A stretch of DNA of 64,000 nucleotides from Octopus vulgaris (lineage: Eukaryota), in assembly GCA_951406725.2 (NCBI GenBank), contig OX597816.1:62434001-62498000 (forward strand), read 5' to 3'. Shown here piece by piece: positions 12,767-24,920 of the stretch. Within the stretch, counting starts at the first letter, position 1; every line of letters starts with the position of its first letter. The notes beneath the pieces were generated by a model that did not search any database, was not told where the DNA came from, and saw nothing but the letters and a program-made list of their open reading frames with translations. A program made the translations under genes and the position numbers.

Positions 12767-13188
12767 TAAGACTATTCAACATTATGACAGTTTATTTCCC
12801 ATAAATTTCAATATGTCTGTAATATAACATTCTCTTATTTCTTCTTATTTAACAAACATTGTCTTTCTTAATATTCTCAAGTTCACGAACATAGATTTTC
12901 CTATCCTTAAACTTCACGTTACTTTAAAGATTTGTAATATCATAGCTATTTTTCTTAAACGTCATCCGTCCTTTATGCATATCACGTACCTTTAATCTTG
13001 GAAGTGGTGTCTCGTGCCTGTAACAAAAATCTATATTCAAACCACTCACAATCATCTGTATGACGTGTTTCATTACAAGATGTGAAACGATATTGACTTT
13101 TTATCCTGATCCACAGTTTCTTCGCATTTGACTACGCAACTAACATATCTGAGACAAATAGACTGATTTTCCACTTCTTTCTTTTCAT

Positions 13189-13590
13189 GCGCAGGAGTGG
13201 CTGTGTGGTAAGTACCAACCACATGGTTCCGGGTTCTGTCCCACTGCGTGGCACCCTGGGCGAGTATCTTCTACTATAGCCTCGGGCCGACCAACGCCTT
13301 GTGAGTGGATTTGGTAGACGGAAACTGAAAGAAGACCGTCGTATATTTCTACATATATATGTATGTGTGTATATATGTTTGTGTGTCTGTGTTTGTCACC
13401 CCAACATCATTTGAAAACCGATGCTGGTGTGTTTACGTCCCCGTAAATTAGCGGTTCGGCAAAAGAGACCGATAAAATAAGTACTAGGCTTACAGGTAAT
13501 AAGTCATGGGGTCGATCTGCTCGATTAAAGGTGGTGCTCCAGCATGGCCACAATCAAATGACTGAAACAAGTAAAAGAGTAAAAGAGAGA
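13189..13590 (+). mobile_element. SINE family A
   Basis: Same head, body and tail as the 4435 copy. Confidence 0.92.
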
Positions 13591-14163
13591 TTAAGAGTTC
13601 AACTACACACTGTTCATTATAACAAAACCCCTTCTATGTATCTGTAGCCCACAGAGCCTGCTTTGCGCGTATGATCCCTTTTGATGTGTTTCCAGGTTTC
13701 CTCATTCGATCCCCCCCCCCCTTTTAGTTTTATACTGTTACTCTATGAAAGGGTTTTGAACCCTTTCACCGTGACACTAGTATACTATATTCCGTCGATC
13801 CTGCGGTTTGTACTCCATTTTCATACATGCTCAAATGTACTTCAATTCTTCTCATCAAGACTGGACACAAGCACACACACAAAAATACACATGCACACGT
13901 CCACACACACGAACACACACCCTATGTTCCTCAGTTTCTGAGTGGTTTTGCCATCACGTATAAAATTCTATCAAATCAAACTGAATTTCCGTTCCTCAAA
14001 ATGATAGATTAACTAGCTATCGTCTATGGCTACCACCTCACCTCATGCGATTAAACGAATAAATAAAATAACATTAGGGAATTTTGATTCCATTTTTGCT
14101 CTATTAATTGACAATTATAACAAAGAGTCACAGATGAATTTGCTTTGAAAATATCTGCAAATA

Positions 14164-14287
14164 GGTGTAGGAGTGGCTGTGTGTTAAGTAGCTTGCTTAC
14201 CAGCCACATGGTTCCGGGTTCAGTTCCACTGCGTGGCACCTTGTGAGTGGATTTGGTAGACGGTGTCTGACAGAAGACCTTCGTATA

Positions 14288-14318
<31 letters not shown>

Positions 14319-14548
14319 GTACGTGTGTGTATATGCTTGTGTGTCTGTGTTTGTTGCCCCAACATTGCTTGACAGCCGATGCTGGTGTTTTATGTCCACG
14401 TAACTTAGCGGTTCGGCAAAAGAGACCGATAGAATAAGTCCTAGGCTTCCAAAGAATAAGTCATGTGGTCGATTTACTCGACTAAAGGCGGTGCTCCAGC
14501 ATGGCCAGAGTCAACTAACTGAAACAAGTAAAAGAGTAAAAGAGTAAA
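14164..14548 (+). mobile_element. SINE family A with an internal deletion
   Basis: GGCACCTTG is joined directly to TGAGTGGATTTGG; tail (AAAAGAGT)n. Confidence 0.9.
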
Positions 14549-14751
14549 TAAAATGTGCAATGCAAACCAAAGTACCTGCTCTTCATATGATGCTTGGGGT
14601 ACGCCTTTGCACAATCTTTGTCACACTATGCCAATAAAATTGTATGTACCTAATCTGATGAAATGCTAGAAATATCAGTTAAATTTTCTTCGTTGTCTAA
14701 TATAAGCAAAATTTCCCATTGGATGATGTTATTGATTATGTAACTATAAAA

Positions 14752-15069
14752 GTGGAGGCGCAATGCCCCAGTGGTTAGGGTAGCGGACTCGCGGTCAGAG
14801 GATCGCGGTATCGATTCCCAGACCGGGTGTTGTGTGTGTTTATTGAGTGAAAATACCTAAAGCTCCACAAGACCCCGGCAGGGGGTGGTGGCGACCCCTG
14901 TTGTACTCTTTCGCCCCACCTTTCTCTCACTCTTTCTTCCTGTTTCTTGAGTAATGCTGCGATGGACCGGCGTTCCGTCCAGCTGGGGAGGAACACATAC
15001 GGCATAGAAATCGGGAAACCGGGCTCATGAGCCTGGCTAGGCTTGAAAAAGGCGCATAAATAAATAAAA
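14752..15069 (+). mobile_element. SINE family C with a 13-bp target-site duplication
   Basis: Head GTGGAGGCGCAATG..; TSD ATGTAACTATAAA at 14738-14750 and 15070-15082. Confidence 0.92.
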
Positions 15070-16082
15070 ATGTAACTATAAATACGAGATGGTTACAGCT
15101 GGTAAACTTTTCGTCAAATTTTGGCTCAGCCAGACCGAGCTAGGGCTAAAGGATACCAATAACTTTTATCACATATTTTAATCATAATAACTAACCTGGT
15201 GTATCAGAAAATCCACTGTATAAAATTCGTTGTTTGCTCGTCAGATTCACTTGAATCCACTCGTTGTTCAGGCAGTACTTGTCTTAAATATTGTTAACTA
15301 ATTTCCACATTTATTGATTGTGGTCATCTTTAAGCCATGTATTGAAATCAATTCATGACATTAGTTCAGTTAGAAGTTACTACAACAAGAATAATAATGA
15401 TAATGAATGAAATCTCTTGATTTAGATGTCAGTACATAGAAATAAATATGAAGAAACGCATAAAGAATATAATAGGAGAGGAGGCCAGAACGGATATAAA
15501 ACAGTTGCTGTAAGATTTGTTAACGAAAATCAATGAAGTCTATTCATAGTTGAGTGATTCAGAAAATTGAATAATTCACAACTTCAGGAGACTGAAGAAA
15601 ATTCGGGAACTTTGTACAAATAAAAGAAAAATAAATATTGCTTTTAAATTGTTTACAAACCAATATCGATTTTTTTTATTCGTTCGTCTTCAAATAAAAA
15701 TATTTAAATGATAATTTGTTTTATTTCACTTGAAGTCACAAAAGAAGTATTAAGTTTGACTAACATTGCTACAAACGTGCATCAGATAGTGATGGTGTAA
15801 TAGCAAGTTAACCTTTCCTTCCGAACTAAGAGAATCTTCTCCAGATGAATATTCTCAATGTATTCCTGAATATTATTCCATTGTGTAATATTTACCAACA
15901 TTTTACGTATTTTAAAATTTCTCAACTAGCAGAGGATTGGCTGTACTCATTATTCATTTCGGGGCCGCCGGTATTGATAAGAGGAAATTATTTTAAGGCC
16001 CAAATGCATGCAACGGTATGCATTCTGCTATATGCACATATTGAGCAGGTAGTGGTCATAAACCGAGGGAGGCATTCATCAA

Positions 16083-17196
16083 CAGGATGCAAGCGGTATT
16101 TGAGGACACTTAATTATTACTATACTCCTCTCTTCAAACTAATTAAATGGTTTTTACTTCTTACACATTGGTTGCCAAATTAAGAAATGAAAAGATCTGC
16201 AGTCGTTTTGGCCACATGTACAGAAGAGCGATTTACTAATTCTCAACTGTAGAAATGCTGCAAGATTTTTTGATCACGTATTTCATTGGCTATGTTTGAC
16301 AGTACCTTTTCCATTGTATCGAGAAAAATATTCTAAACGTTCGGACAAGGACACCACCGTTCATATAACAGGTGTAAAATACTGGTAATGATCCCAGAAA
16401 CTCAATCAGGATCATCTCCACAAACTTCAGGTTTCGACGTGGATTATCAGAACTATACTGTGAGAAGATTCGATACAAGCCATATAATCTGATGAGAGGC
16501 CAATTCATGTCTGCAATGATACAAGAAACCAGTTCGATGTGTGACGAGGTCTTACTCAGCAAGGCTAAACGAATAATGCTTCCGTTCTTCTCTGATGAGA
16601 AAAACTTCGGTTAAGACCAAATGTGTAGCAGTAGAAATGACAGATAGTTATGCGCAAATTCCTTTGATGTCGCCAGCGAGATGCAACTAAGTTGAGATGG
16701 TTTTATTTGTGGTAACAAAGGTTATGTCGCCTCACATCTTTCCACGATGTCTTAGAATTTATGCTACTGAAGATAGTTGTTTAGCCTTAGATTAATGATG
16801 GTCATATTTGTTTCAGCACGACCCAGCGCTTTCTCCCAAAGCCAAAGTAATCCAAGACTAGATGACAGCACATCTTCACAGTTTTTACGTTATTGGACTA
16901 TCTTTATGTAACAGCCGAACTGTGGCCTCCAAACTCGCCAGTTTATATCCCATGAGCCACGACCTCTGGAACGTTGTTGACAGTCGACTTCCTCACAATT
17001 CCATAGATTTACTAAAGGCTACCATTGTGCAGGCGATGTCCGAAATGAATAAGGACCATTTAATCCAGATATACCAACGATTTCGGTCCTGCATTGAAGC
17101 AGTCATCGAAGACGGAAGTGGATTTATCAACATACATTTGGTTTTTGTTATGTTATCAAATTACCAAATATGTCCTCAAATACACCTCGCATCCTG
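16083..17196 (+). mobile_element. Decayed Tc1/mariner-superfamily element, probably maT/DD37D type
   Basis: TIRs CAGGATGCAAGCGGTATTTGAGGACA / TGTCCTCAAATACACCTCGCATCCTG(TA). Remnant motifs FFSDEKNF, NDR*L, WPPNSP, LWNVV..HNSIDLLKATIV..RFRSCIEAVIE. Confidence 0.85.
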
Positions 17197-18400
17197 TATA
17201 ACCGTAAAAGTACGTTTTTACATATTTTCAATATTAAGAAAGAGAAAACGGTTAATTTTTATGTTTTTCGTCACCTAACTAATATAAATGATGAAAAGAG
17301 AAATTATAGTGTTTCGTTAGAACATCTTTTACGAAGGTCGTGTTTGATTAGAATCACTTCCCATAACCAATACATTAATGTCTCTCTCACATATTCTTCA
17401 TTCCTTACTACTTAATATCCACAGTGTAAAATACTTTGAGAATAACACCAATACCTATATAGCATTAAAATTGGCCGTTACATCATCGTTCGGCCTAATA
17501 GAAATATCAACAAATCTATTCTAAATTACTTCATAACTTCTCAAAAATGTGGACACATTAGACAATGAAGTTCTTGATGTCCTTAGTAATAAGATAGGAT
17601 GCTTTTGTTGGGAATGTCTTCGATCGCAGTTATACTCTATTTGAACGGAATTAACACTAAGAAATTAAAACGATCAGTGGACCTACTATCGTATAGCAGT
17701 GAGTATCTATACTTGTATTATTGTCGAAAGCATGAAATTCTGTTGGAGATATGTAGACAATCTTTACATAATGAAAATAATTGTTTTTACCAAGAAGTTA
17801 TATATATTCCAAAACAACGAATAACCAGTGAATCTTTGATAGATTACCGGGTAATCCCATCCCCTTTCAGGACAGTAAACTAAATCTAATGCCTGGTTTA
17901 ACATCAACACGTTTGCGGGTGATTTTAGCGGAATCGAGTCAATTGCATTCACTTGACTAAGTTTCTCGCATTGGCCTCGAAGGTCACGAATGACGCAATG
18001 GGTGTCGTCATAACTAAATCATGAAAATATATTTTAATCCTTTAAAAGTTTTCAGCTCTTAAAATGAAATAGTGGATAATCTTTCTATATTTTTTTCAGA
18101 CGATTTGAACCATGGAATATTATTGTTATAGTTTTTGCTTTATAGGTCGAAAAATATATCAAGTTTCATTTGTTTTGTCTTTTTATTTAAAACAAAGAAT
18201 AAGTTACATTTTATATAATATCCCTATTTACCCGTGATTTTTACGAATTATAATAAAACATTTACGAACACTCATATTGATGTTTTCATCAGATTTCTTA
18301 TGTATTCTTATTGGCAATATTTCAAATATTTCCAGAACCACTCTACCGTCACCTTAGCTGTTTACTATATCGACTACCTGATAAAACTCTCACAGTAGTC

Positions 18401-18441
<41 letters not shown>

Positions 18442-18979
18442 CTCGTTCCTTCTACTTCACAATACTTACCGTACTCTTATTCTCTATGGTTTCCATCTTA
18501 ATCATTTCCTGTCTCTACATCTAGCCAATTCCCTCCCAGTTTTTACTTCCGCCGGCCATTACGCTATCACTCTCCGTCCTATTACCTTTGTTCAATGTAT
18601 AAGTGTTTTTCTTTACCTCAGGGCAACGAAACTTATTGACAAATACAAACTCTCTTGGAGTTTATTTCCAGCGGAAAGTCTGTAACCCTCTACTTACAAT
18701 TAGAATTAGCCGAAGCGACACAGATTCATATCAATTATAAGTATCGTAGTTCAAAGGTTACTATAATATCACAGCTTTAAATCTAGCTTCTTGATATTAT
18801 AGCCACATATTATTGATTTGTTAGCAACCAGAAATACTAATGTCTTCCTGCCGAAGGATAAAACTTCGTATAGCTTCGAAAGAGTTGCATAGTGTGCTTG
18901 AGTGTGATATTTAGGCTCAGTCCTTGCGAAATATACACTACTTTAAACATTGTCAGGTGATTATTACATAAGGAAATAA

Positions 18980-19640
18980 AGGCGGCAAGCTGGAAGAATC
19001 GGTACGCCAGACAAAAATGCATAGCAATCTTTCCTCTGTCATTACGTTCCGAGTTCAAACTTCAACAAGGTCGACTTTGCCAACCATCCATTCTGATTCG
19101 ATAAATTAAGTACCAGCTGAACACTAGGAACAATGTAATCGACTAGCCCCCTTCCCACAAAAGTTCAGGTTTTGTGCCAAACGTAGAAATGATTATTAGC
19201 TAAGGAAAAAAAAGGCGGCGAGCTGGTAGAATCATTACCTTGCTGGGCAAAGTGCTAACCGGTTCAGGGTACAAATGCTGCTGAAATCGACTTTGGCTTT
19301 CATTCTTTCATGTTCGATAAAACAAGTATCAGTTATACACTGGGTTCGATGTAACCGACTTAGCCTCTTCTCAAGTATACTTTCATTATATCGAAAATCG
19401 GAAACAATTATTGACTAAAGAAAAGATTGCGAATTGCTGCAATCGTAAATGGTGTTGGAAACAATGATTTACGGTATTTGTTCCGGTTCTTTACGTTCTG
19501 AGTTCAAATCTCGCCCAGGTCAGCGTTGGCTTCCATTCCCCCCAGATTCGATAAAATGCGGTACTAGTCGCGGGCAATAGTATCAACTACTCCTTATCCC
19601 ATAAATTTTTAACCCTATGTCTAAATGAGAAACCAATTTT
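18980..19640 (+). mobile_element. Three head-to-tail SINE family B copies
   Basis: Heads at ~18980, ~19213 and ~19425, each followed by a GTCGACTTT/GTCAGCGTT..TTCATT..TCGATAAA..GTAC core variant. Confidence 0.8.
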
Positions 19641-20551
19641 AATTAAGGAGCATTTTGCTATCTTACACTGATGAAGACGTTATTAACTCGAGATGCATCA
19701 GTATAAAGTTATAACAGATAATAAATGCAGTCATATTACGCTCTGTTGTTACTGAATTTTTATTCACTTTTATTTAGAAATAAAAGTATAAGAGAAGAAA
19801 CGTTGCATCTATAATCCTATCAAGAAAGTTATCAATGTTATATATCATCCAATATCTTTCTTTTAATCCTTATTTTACTTGAACTTAGTTCATCAACCAA
19901 TAGGCGATTTCCTAGTGTTAAAGTTTGATCGCGAGCCGGCGAAATTTAGGTTCAGAGCTGAAATTACGACGAAATGATATTTACCTTTTATCCTTTCAGG
20001 ATCAATAAAATAAGTACCCGTTGAACATTGGTGTTGGCATAACCCACATACCTCCGGCACGAACTTGCTGGCTTTGTACCAAAACCAATATTCAATGCAC
20101 CCTTTCTACGTTTTGCTTTTAATTTTCGTAGAATTCGTCTTTCAGTTTCATCGTTCTGAAGTTGATAAACGAAAGTTCAAATCAAGCATTGCTGCTGATT
20201 TAATCGACATAACTTGTGTGGTATTGTAACAGTGTTAAGAATAAAATCTCATAAAAATAAAATTCCATAACTCCAACGAGATGCGCGAGTGAAATAGCTA
20301 AAATCTAACTTTTCGGGCAAAACAGTTCTTCGGAAAGAATTAGATTACTAGTTGTGGAGAATAAATTGAAACCAGTGAGAATAAGAAATAAAGTAACAGT
20401 GCAATAAAAGGAAGAGGAAGATATTAACACGAGGAAAGAAATAATAATCGTAGGAGAACGGCCGAGTAAAGTGATTGTGAACAATATAGTACTATCAATT
20501 TTGAGAAACATAGCAGGGACGAGTTTATATCGCGAATTTGAAAGAACTCAA

Positions 20552-20601
<50 letters not shown>

Positions 20602-20739
20602 AGGATTAATTAGACAGAACACAACAAGGAGAAAAAGTTAGACGAAAGTAGAGCAAACGGGAAACTAGACGAATATTTAAAGGACGGAGAATATAGACAA
20701 AGACACGATAGACGGAATGTTCGCAGCTTAGTTTTCCTC

Positions 20740-21240
20740 GTCAGTCAATTACACAAAATATCATCGTGGTTTTGCACCATTATCATTGAGACCACTCAAT
20801 CTTGGAGGTACCAGTGATGTCATTAAGCTACTGGGGAAAAAGGAGTGTTTGTTTCTATATGCTAGCGATGGAGTGAGTAGAGTAAAAGCGAGGTGTTTGT
20901 AGATTAGTTTTGCGTTTTCAACAAGAGAGACAGCTCAAACAGTGATTTGTTTGCTAAAATGAGAATTCAGACTATCGATTCGGATGGCAGGTGGGCATTA
21001 TTCTGGATGAAGGAGATGCACAAGAAAGCAATTACCATTGTGAACACTCGGTCGGATTCAATAATTTATCAATGTCTGGAGGCATGGGTCAGATATAGAT
21101 CAGCTTTTACAGTGTTAGACTACATGCCTTGCCGAGGTTGTCCAGTTTCTCAAGTCCTGATATCAGGTCTCCATGAAGCCAAATTTTTACTTTCATGCTT
21201 TCGAAGTACACATTTCGAAGTACCTCTCATTTACTAGCTC
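20740..21240 (-). mobile_element. Decayed Penelope-like element 3' part (GIY-YIG remnant plus pLTR-like tail)
   Basis: The minus strand reads HESKNL..ETGQPRQGM (cf. GIY-YIG YIGETGQ.L..RM) near 21125-21195, followed by degenerate CTGACGAG/AAAAC hammerhead-like motifs near 20740-20830. Confidence 0.45.
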
Positions 21241-21479
21241 GATTATAAACGATTGTTCTCTCTCAATAAAGATTAGTTCTTGTGTATATACAAGACATCA
21301 ATGTTTTATGAATTTCTTTGAAGGCAGTAGCTCTTAGTATTGATCCATCATCCGTTTATCTTATTTAGATATGTCGCCACTTAAAAGACCGAATTATCTA
21401 ATACCGAATCAACTTTATCTTTCATCCAACTAAGGTCGAACGAATAGAATTTGTTTCGAATTTCGTCAGAAAGACATCT

Positions 21480-21872
21480 GTTTGAGGGGAGGAGTGAGTC
21501 GATTACACCGACGTAAGTGTCCAACTGGTACTTATTTTATCGACACCGAGACGATGAAAGCCAAAGTCGAATTCGGCGGAACTTGAACCCAGGAGCTAAA
21601 GGCGGGCGACCTGTCGCTAAGCATCTAGCCTGGCATCCTAATCGTTCCGCTAGATCTCTGCCTCAAGCTAAATATTGGTTTCAAATTTTGGCGTAAGGCT
21701 AACATTTTGGGGAAAGATCTAAGTCGATTACATTGACGGCCGTGCTCTACTGCAACTTATTTTTATTGACCTTGAAGTCGACCTCGGCCAAATTTGAACT
21801 CAGAATTTCAAGCCGAACGAAATACCGGTAAGCATTTTCCCGTAGTGCTAACAGTCCTGCCAGCTCGCAGCT
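21480..21872 (-). mobile_element. Two tandem SINE family B copies
   Basis: ACTGGTACTTATTTTATCGAC..ATGAAAGCCAAAGTCGA, and AAGTCGACCTCGGC..TTTGAACTCAGAA..CTGCCAGCTCGC. Confidence 0.8.
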
Positions 21873-22254
21873 GTAAGTACAAACTAAGTATTCAGATAGA
21901 TTTTATAGATTGTGCACTCCCCTACAATATATCACTACATTAGAATCTAATCTTTTTATCGTTTTCCATGTCGATAGTATATCATTTCTAATTACTTATA
22001 ATTATTCCTTAACAATAATCTTCCAATGATTTTATAAGCATGTCACTTTCGTTCATAATATTCTAAAATTCATATCTGTAAATACTCGAAATCATTGTTA
22101 ATATTCTTCAGGTTGCGTTGAACCTCATGCAGTTTAATTTCCTTCTGCTGTAAAATTTGATTTTGGGTGCCAATGAACTAAATGTGTGTGTATGCGCGCG
22201 CGCGCGCGTGTGTGTATGTTGCATCTTCAATATCATATATTTTGCATTATCTAT

Positions 22255-22472
22255 AGGTTTCCGATGCAAGGCAAGCAATCTTGAGGAAAGGGAACCAGTG
22301 AGTTCTATCGACCCAGCTACTTCACTGCTCATTCCTTTTCATAACCCAGAAAAGATGAAACGCAAAGTGATCTATGGCGGAATTTACGAATTTGATGCAG
22401 AACATAAAAAGTCGGAAGTAATACTGCAGAGAATTTTCCAAGATTCTAACTAATCTGATAGTTCGCTACCTT
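22255..22472 (-). mobile_element. SINE family B, highly diverged
   Basis: AAAGATGAAACGCAAAGTGATCTATGGCGGAATTT core variant. Confidence 0.6.
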
Positions 22473-22714
22473 ATTCTTTCTGTTTTTATCATAATAGCTG
22501 TCTTTTTGTTTTTATATTTCAGCGGTTAAGATGCATTTTTATAGCCTCGAGTCAGCCCATAAATCTTGAGTGAAATTACCTAGATGAAAATCATATAGAA
22601 ATCCTGAGTCTGCACTAGAATTCTATTAATGGTGTATATGTTGGGGAATGCTTAGACAAAAATAGGATCAAAGCTCCTTCCTGAGTATATAGGCTCAGAA
22701 ATCTTAAGTGTTCT

Positions 22715-22756
<42 letters not shown>

Positions 22757-22974
22757 TTCAGCAAAATTTAGATTCAAATGAATATGGTAGGCACCAGAAT
22801 TTTGTATGATATTATCCATATAAGTCAAATGGGGTGATTATAATAAAAGTAAGCAACAAGTATATCCAAGGTAGAATAGCATGAAACAATTGTACTACTA
22901 CTCTACCTTGGATATACTTGTTGCTTATTTTGATTATATATATATATATATTTCTCACCCCACCTGACGTCGCA

Positions 22975-23123
22975 CGATTACGCATTCTCCCCCAACGGAG
23001 TGAACTGGAGCGACGTCAAATGGTGTGTTCTACTCAAGAATACAATGCATCGCTGGTGCAAGAATTGAAACCACACTCTTACGATCACGAACGCAACACA
23101 CTAAGCACTAACCCATGCGCCTC
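22975..23123 (-). mobile_element. tRNA-headed SINE fragment related to the family C head
   Basis: The minus strand begins GAGGCGCATGGGTTAGTGCTTAG..GGTTTCAATTC. Confidence 0.55.
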
Positions 23124-23360
23124 AATGAATGTCTAGGTATTTAGTCGTTAATTCGGAAACAGGTGATTCAGTTGATCGAACAACCGAAACCTGATTATTG
23201 AACAATTATGTTATTACTTACTAGATGTATTCAAACTAATAATCTCATCTGGATTGTTAAATTCACAACCTTGTGAGCATAATAACAAATTTGAGGACAG
23301 GATTCTATTTCAGTTTCTATAATAATGCTTTCGTTATTTTATATTCTATATAGATAATAA

Positions 23361-23363
<3 letters not shown>

Positions 23364-23422
<59 letters not shown>
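23364..23422 (+). repeat. (TAA)n microsatellite, target of the R4/Dong-like insertions
   Basis: Direct reading. Confidence 0.95.
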
Positions 23423-23425
<3 letters not shown>

Positions 23426-23711
23426 GAGGTAACCAGAATGTGGAATCTAAAAACAGAAACAATTCCTATCATAGTAGGTGCATTAGGCATGATAAAAAAT
23501 ATTCAGACAAATACATAACAAAAACACCAGGACTTACAAACACATATAACATACAGAAAATTGCACTACTAGGCACTGCACACATCCTACGCAGAACACT
23601 TTCCATACAATAACCATCAGAGCATCACAACAAATCACAGCACATACCCAAGGCACACAGAGCTGCGCTCGGTAGTGAAGTGAAAGCACGCTATAAAAAA
23701 TAAAACTACTG
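23423..23711 (+). mobile_element. R4/Dong-like non-LTR retrotransposon 3' end, fragment 1
   Basis: IEVTRMWNLKTETIPIIVGALGMIKK..IQKIALLGTAHILRRTLS* plus 3'UTR, flanked by (TAA)n. Confidence 0.85.
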
Positions 23712-23731
23712 AATAATAATAATAATAATAA

Positions 23732-24486
23732 GTGGAATATAAATTAAGTGTGGAGTATTAATTAAGATGTGGAGTATAAATTAAGAGTGGAGTATAAATT
23801 GAGAGTGGAGTATAAATTAAGAGTGGAGTATAAATTAAGACATGACAGAGTTGGCCAATATCTACACTGGCTAATAAGTCGGCATTACAATATCAAAACT
23901 GCCGACAAGTGGTATAATCACCACCCTGAAGCTGTAACTGAAGGAGAAAATGTAACGATTCTGTGGGACTTTCCAGTACATACAGACCGAACCATCAAAG
24001 CCAATAAACCGGATATTGTTGTGAAAGATCAAAACAATAAAGTTTGCTTATTGATCGACATGAGCATCCCCTGTGATCATAATATCTCGGCGAAAGAGTT
24101 TGACAAGCTCAGAAAATATAAAGACCTGCTCATTGAAATTGAGAAAATGTGGCATCTCAAGGCGGTTACAATACCAGTGATCGTAGGAGCACTAGGAATG
24201 TTCAAGAAGGGAACCGAAAATTATATGAGAATGATCCCTGGCTTACCATCCCTGCAAGAAGTGCAAAAGATTGTCTTAACTGGCACATCACACGTATTGA
24301 GAAGAGCATTGTCGATGTGAGAACTGTTACTACCCATGTATTTTAATTTAACTTTAAAAAAAAATGAACGAACTAGTGAGTTTAGTTTAATGACCTACCA
24401 ATGTATACTATAAGTTTATTTGCCCTAGGAGTCGGGAAGACACTCGGCAAGAAATGGAAGCAAATTTGAAAGAAGAAAAAAAAGGA
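23732..24486 (+). mobile_element. R4/Dong-like non-LTR retrotransposon 3' end with restriction-like endonuclease domain, fragment 2
   Basis: ORF 23769-24320: RHDRV..ILWDF..KPDIVV..LIDMSIP..KYKDL..IPVIVGALG..KIVLTGTSHVLRR (RHD, PD..D and K motifs of the RLE domain). Followed by 3'UTR and (TAA)n. Confidence 0.92.
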
Positions 24487-24502
24487 TAATAATAATAATA
24501 AT

Positions 24503-24595
24503 ATAGCATATGGAAGTAGTCTAGGGACAGTAGAAATCAGAAGAGGCATCTTCCAAGGAGACTGCCTGTCCCCACTGATCTTTGTACTGTGCATG
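24503..24595 (+). mobile_element. R4/Dong-like RT fragment, fragment 3
   Basis: AYGSSLGTVEIRRGIFQGDCLSPLIFVLCM (RT motif GIFQGD.LSP) directly after (TAA)n. Confidence 0.8.
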
Positions 24596-24599
24596 AAAA

Positions 24600-24920
24600 A
24601 TACATGTTTCTGCCCAACATTTTTAAACGTGTATGTTTTTGAATATCTCTTTCTGCTTAACATTTCTGAAAGTGTTTCTCACCATAGAATCAGATTCTGG
24701 CTCACAGTATTGAAATTGTACAATCCCTAGGTCCATTTTCTAGCCATTATTTTTGGAAACGTATGTTTCATAATATCTGTTTGTGTCGAACCCTTTTAAA
24801 AGTGTATCTTTTCTTAGAACCAGATTCAGCCTAACATTTTTGAAACTGTCTCTTACCTAATACCCGTTTCTGCCTAATATTTTTGGATGTTTATCTTTCC
24901 TAATACCATTTTCCTCCCAT
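24600..24920 (+). repeat. Degenerate ~43-bp tandem array (~8 units)
   Basis: A TTTCTGCCTAACATTTTTGAAA-like motif recurs near 24607, 24651, 24694, 24737, 24780, 24824 and 24867. Confidence 0.65.

Noticed and set aside
14655-14676. CTGATGA-AATGCTA-GAAA hammerhead-like string
   Set aside because: Helix II cannot form convincingly, and it lies in another old repeat; likely chance
19662-19710. CTGATGA..CGAGATGCATC motif
   Set aside because: GAAA is mutated and the helices pair poorly; at most a fossil
23732-23840. Short repeats as a CRISPR-like array (also 24600-24920 and 55380-55700)
   Set aside because: Contiguous tandem units with no unique spacers, no cas genes, and a eukaryotic context
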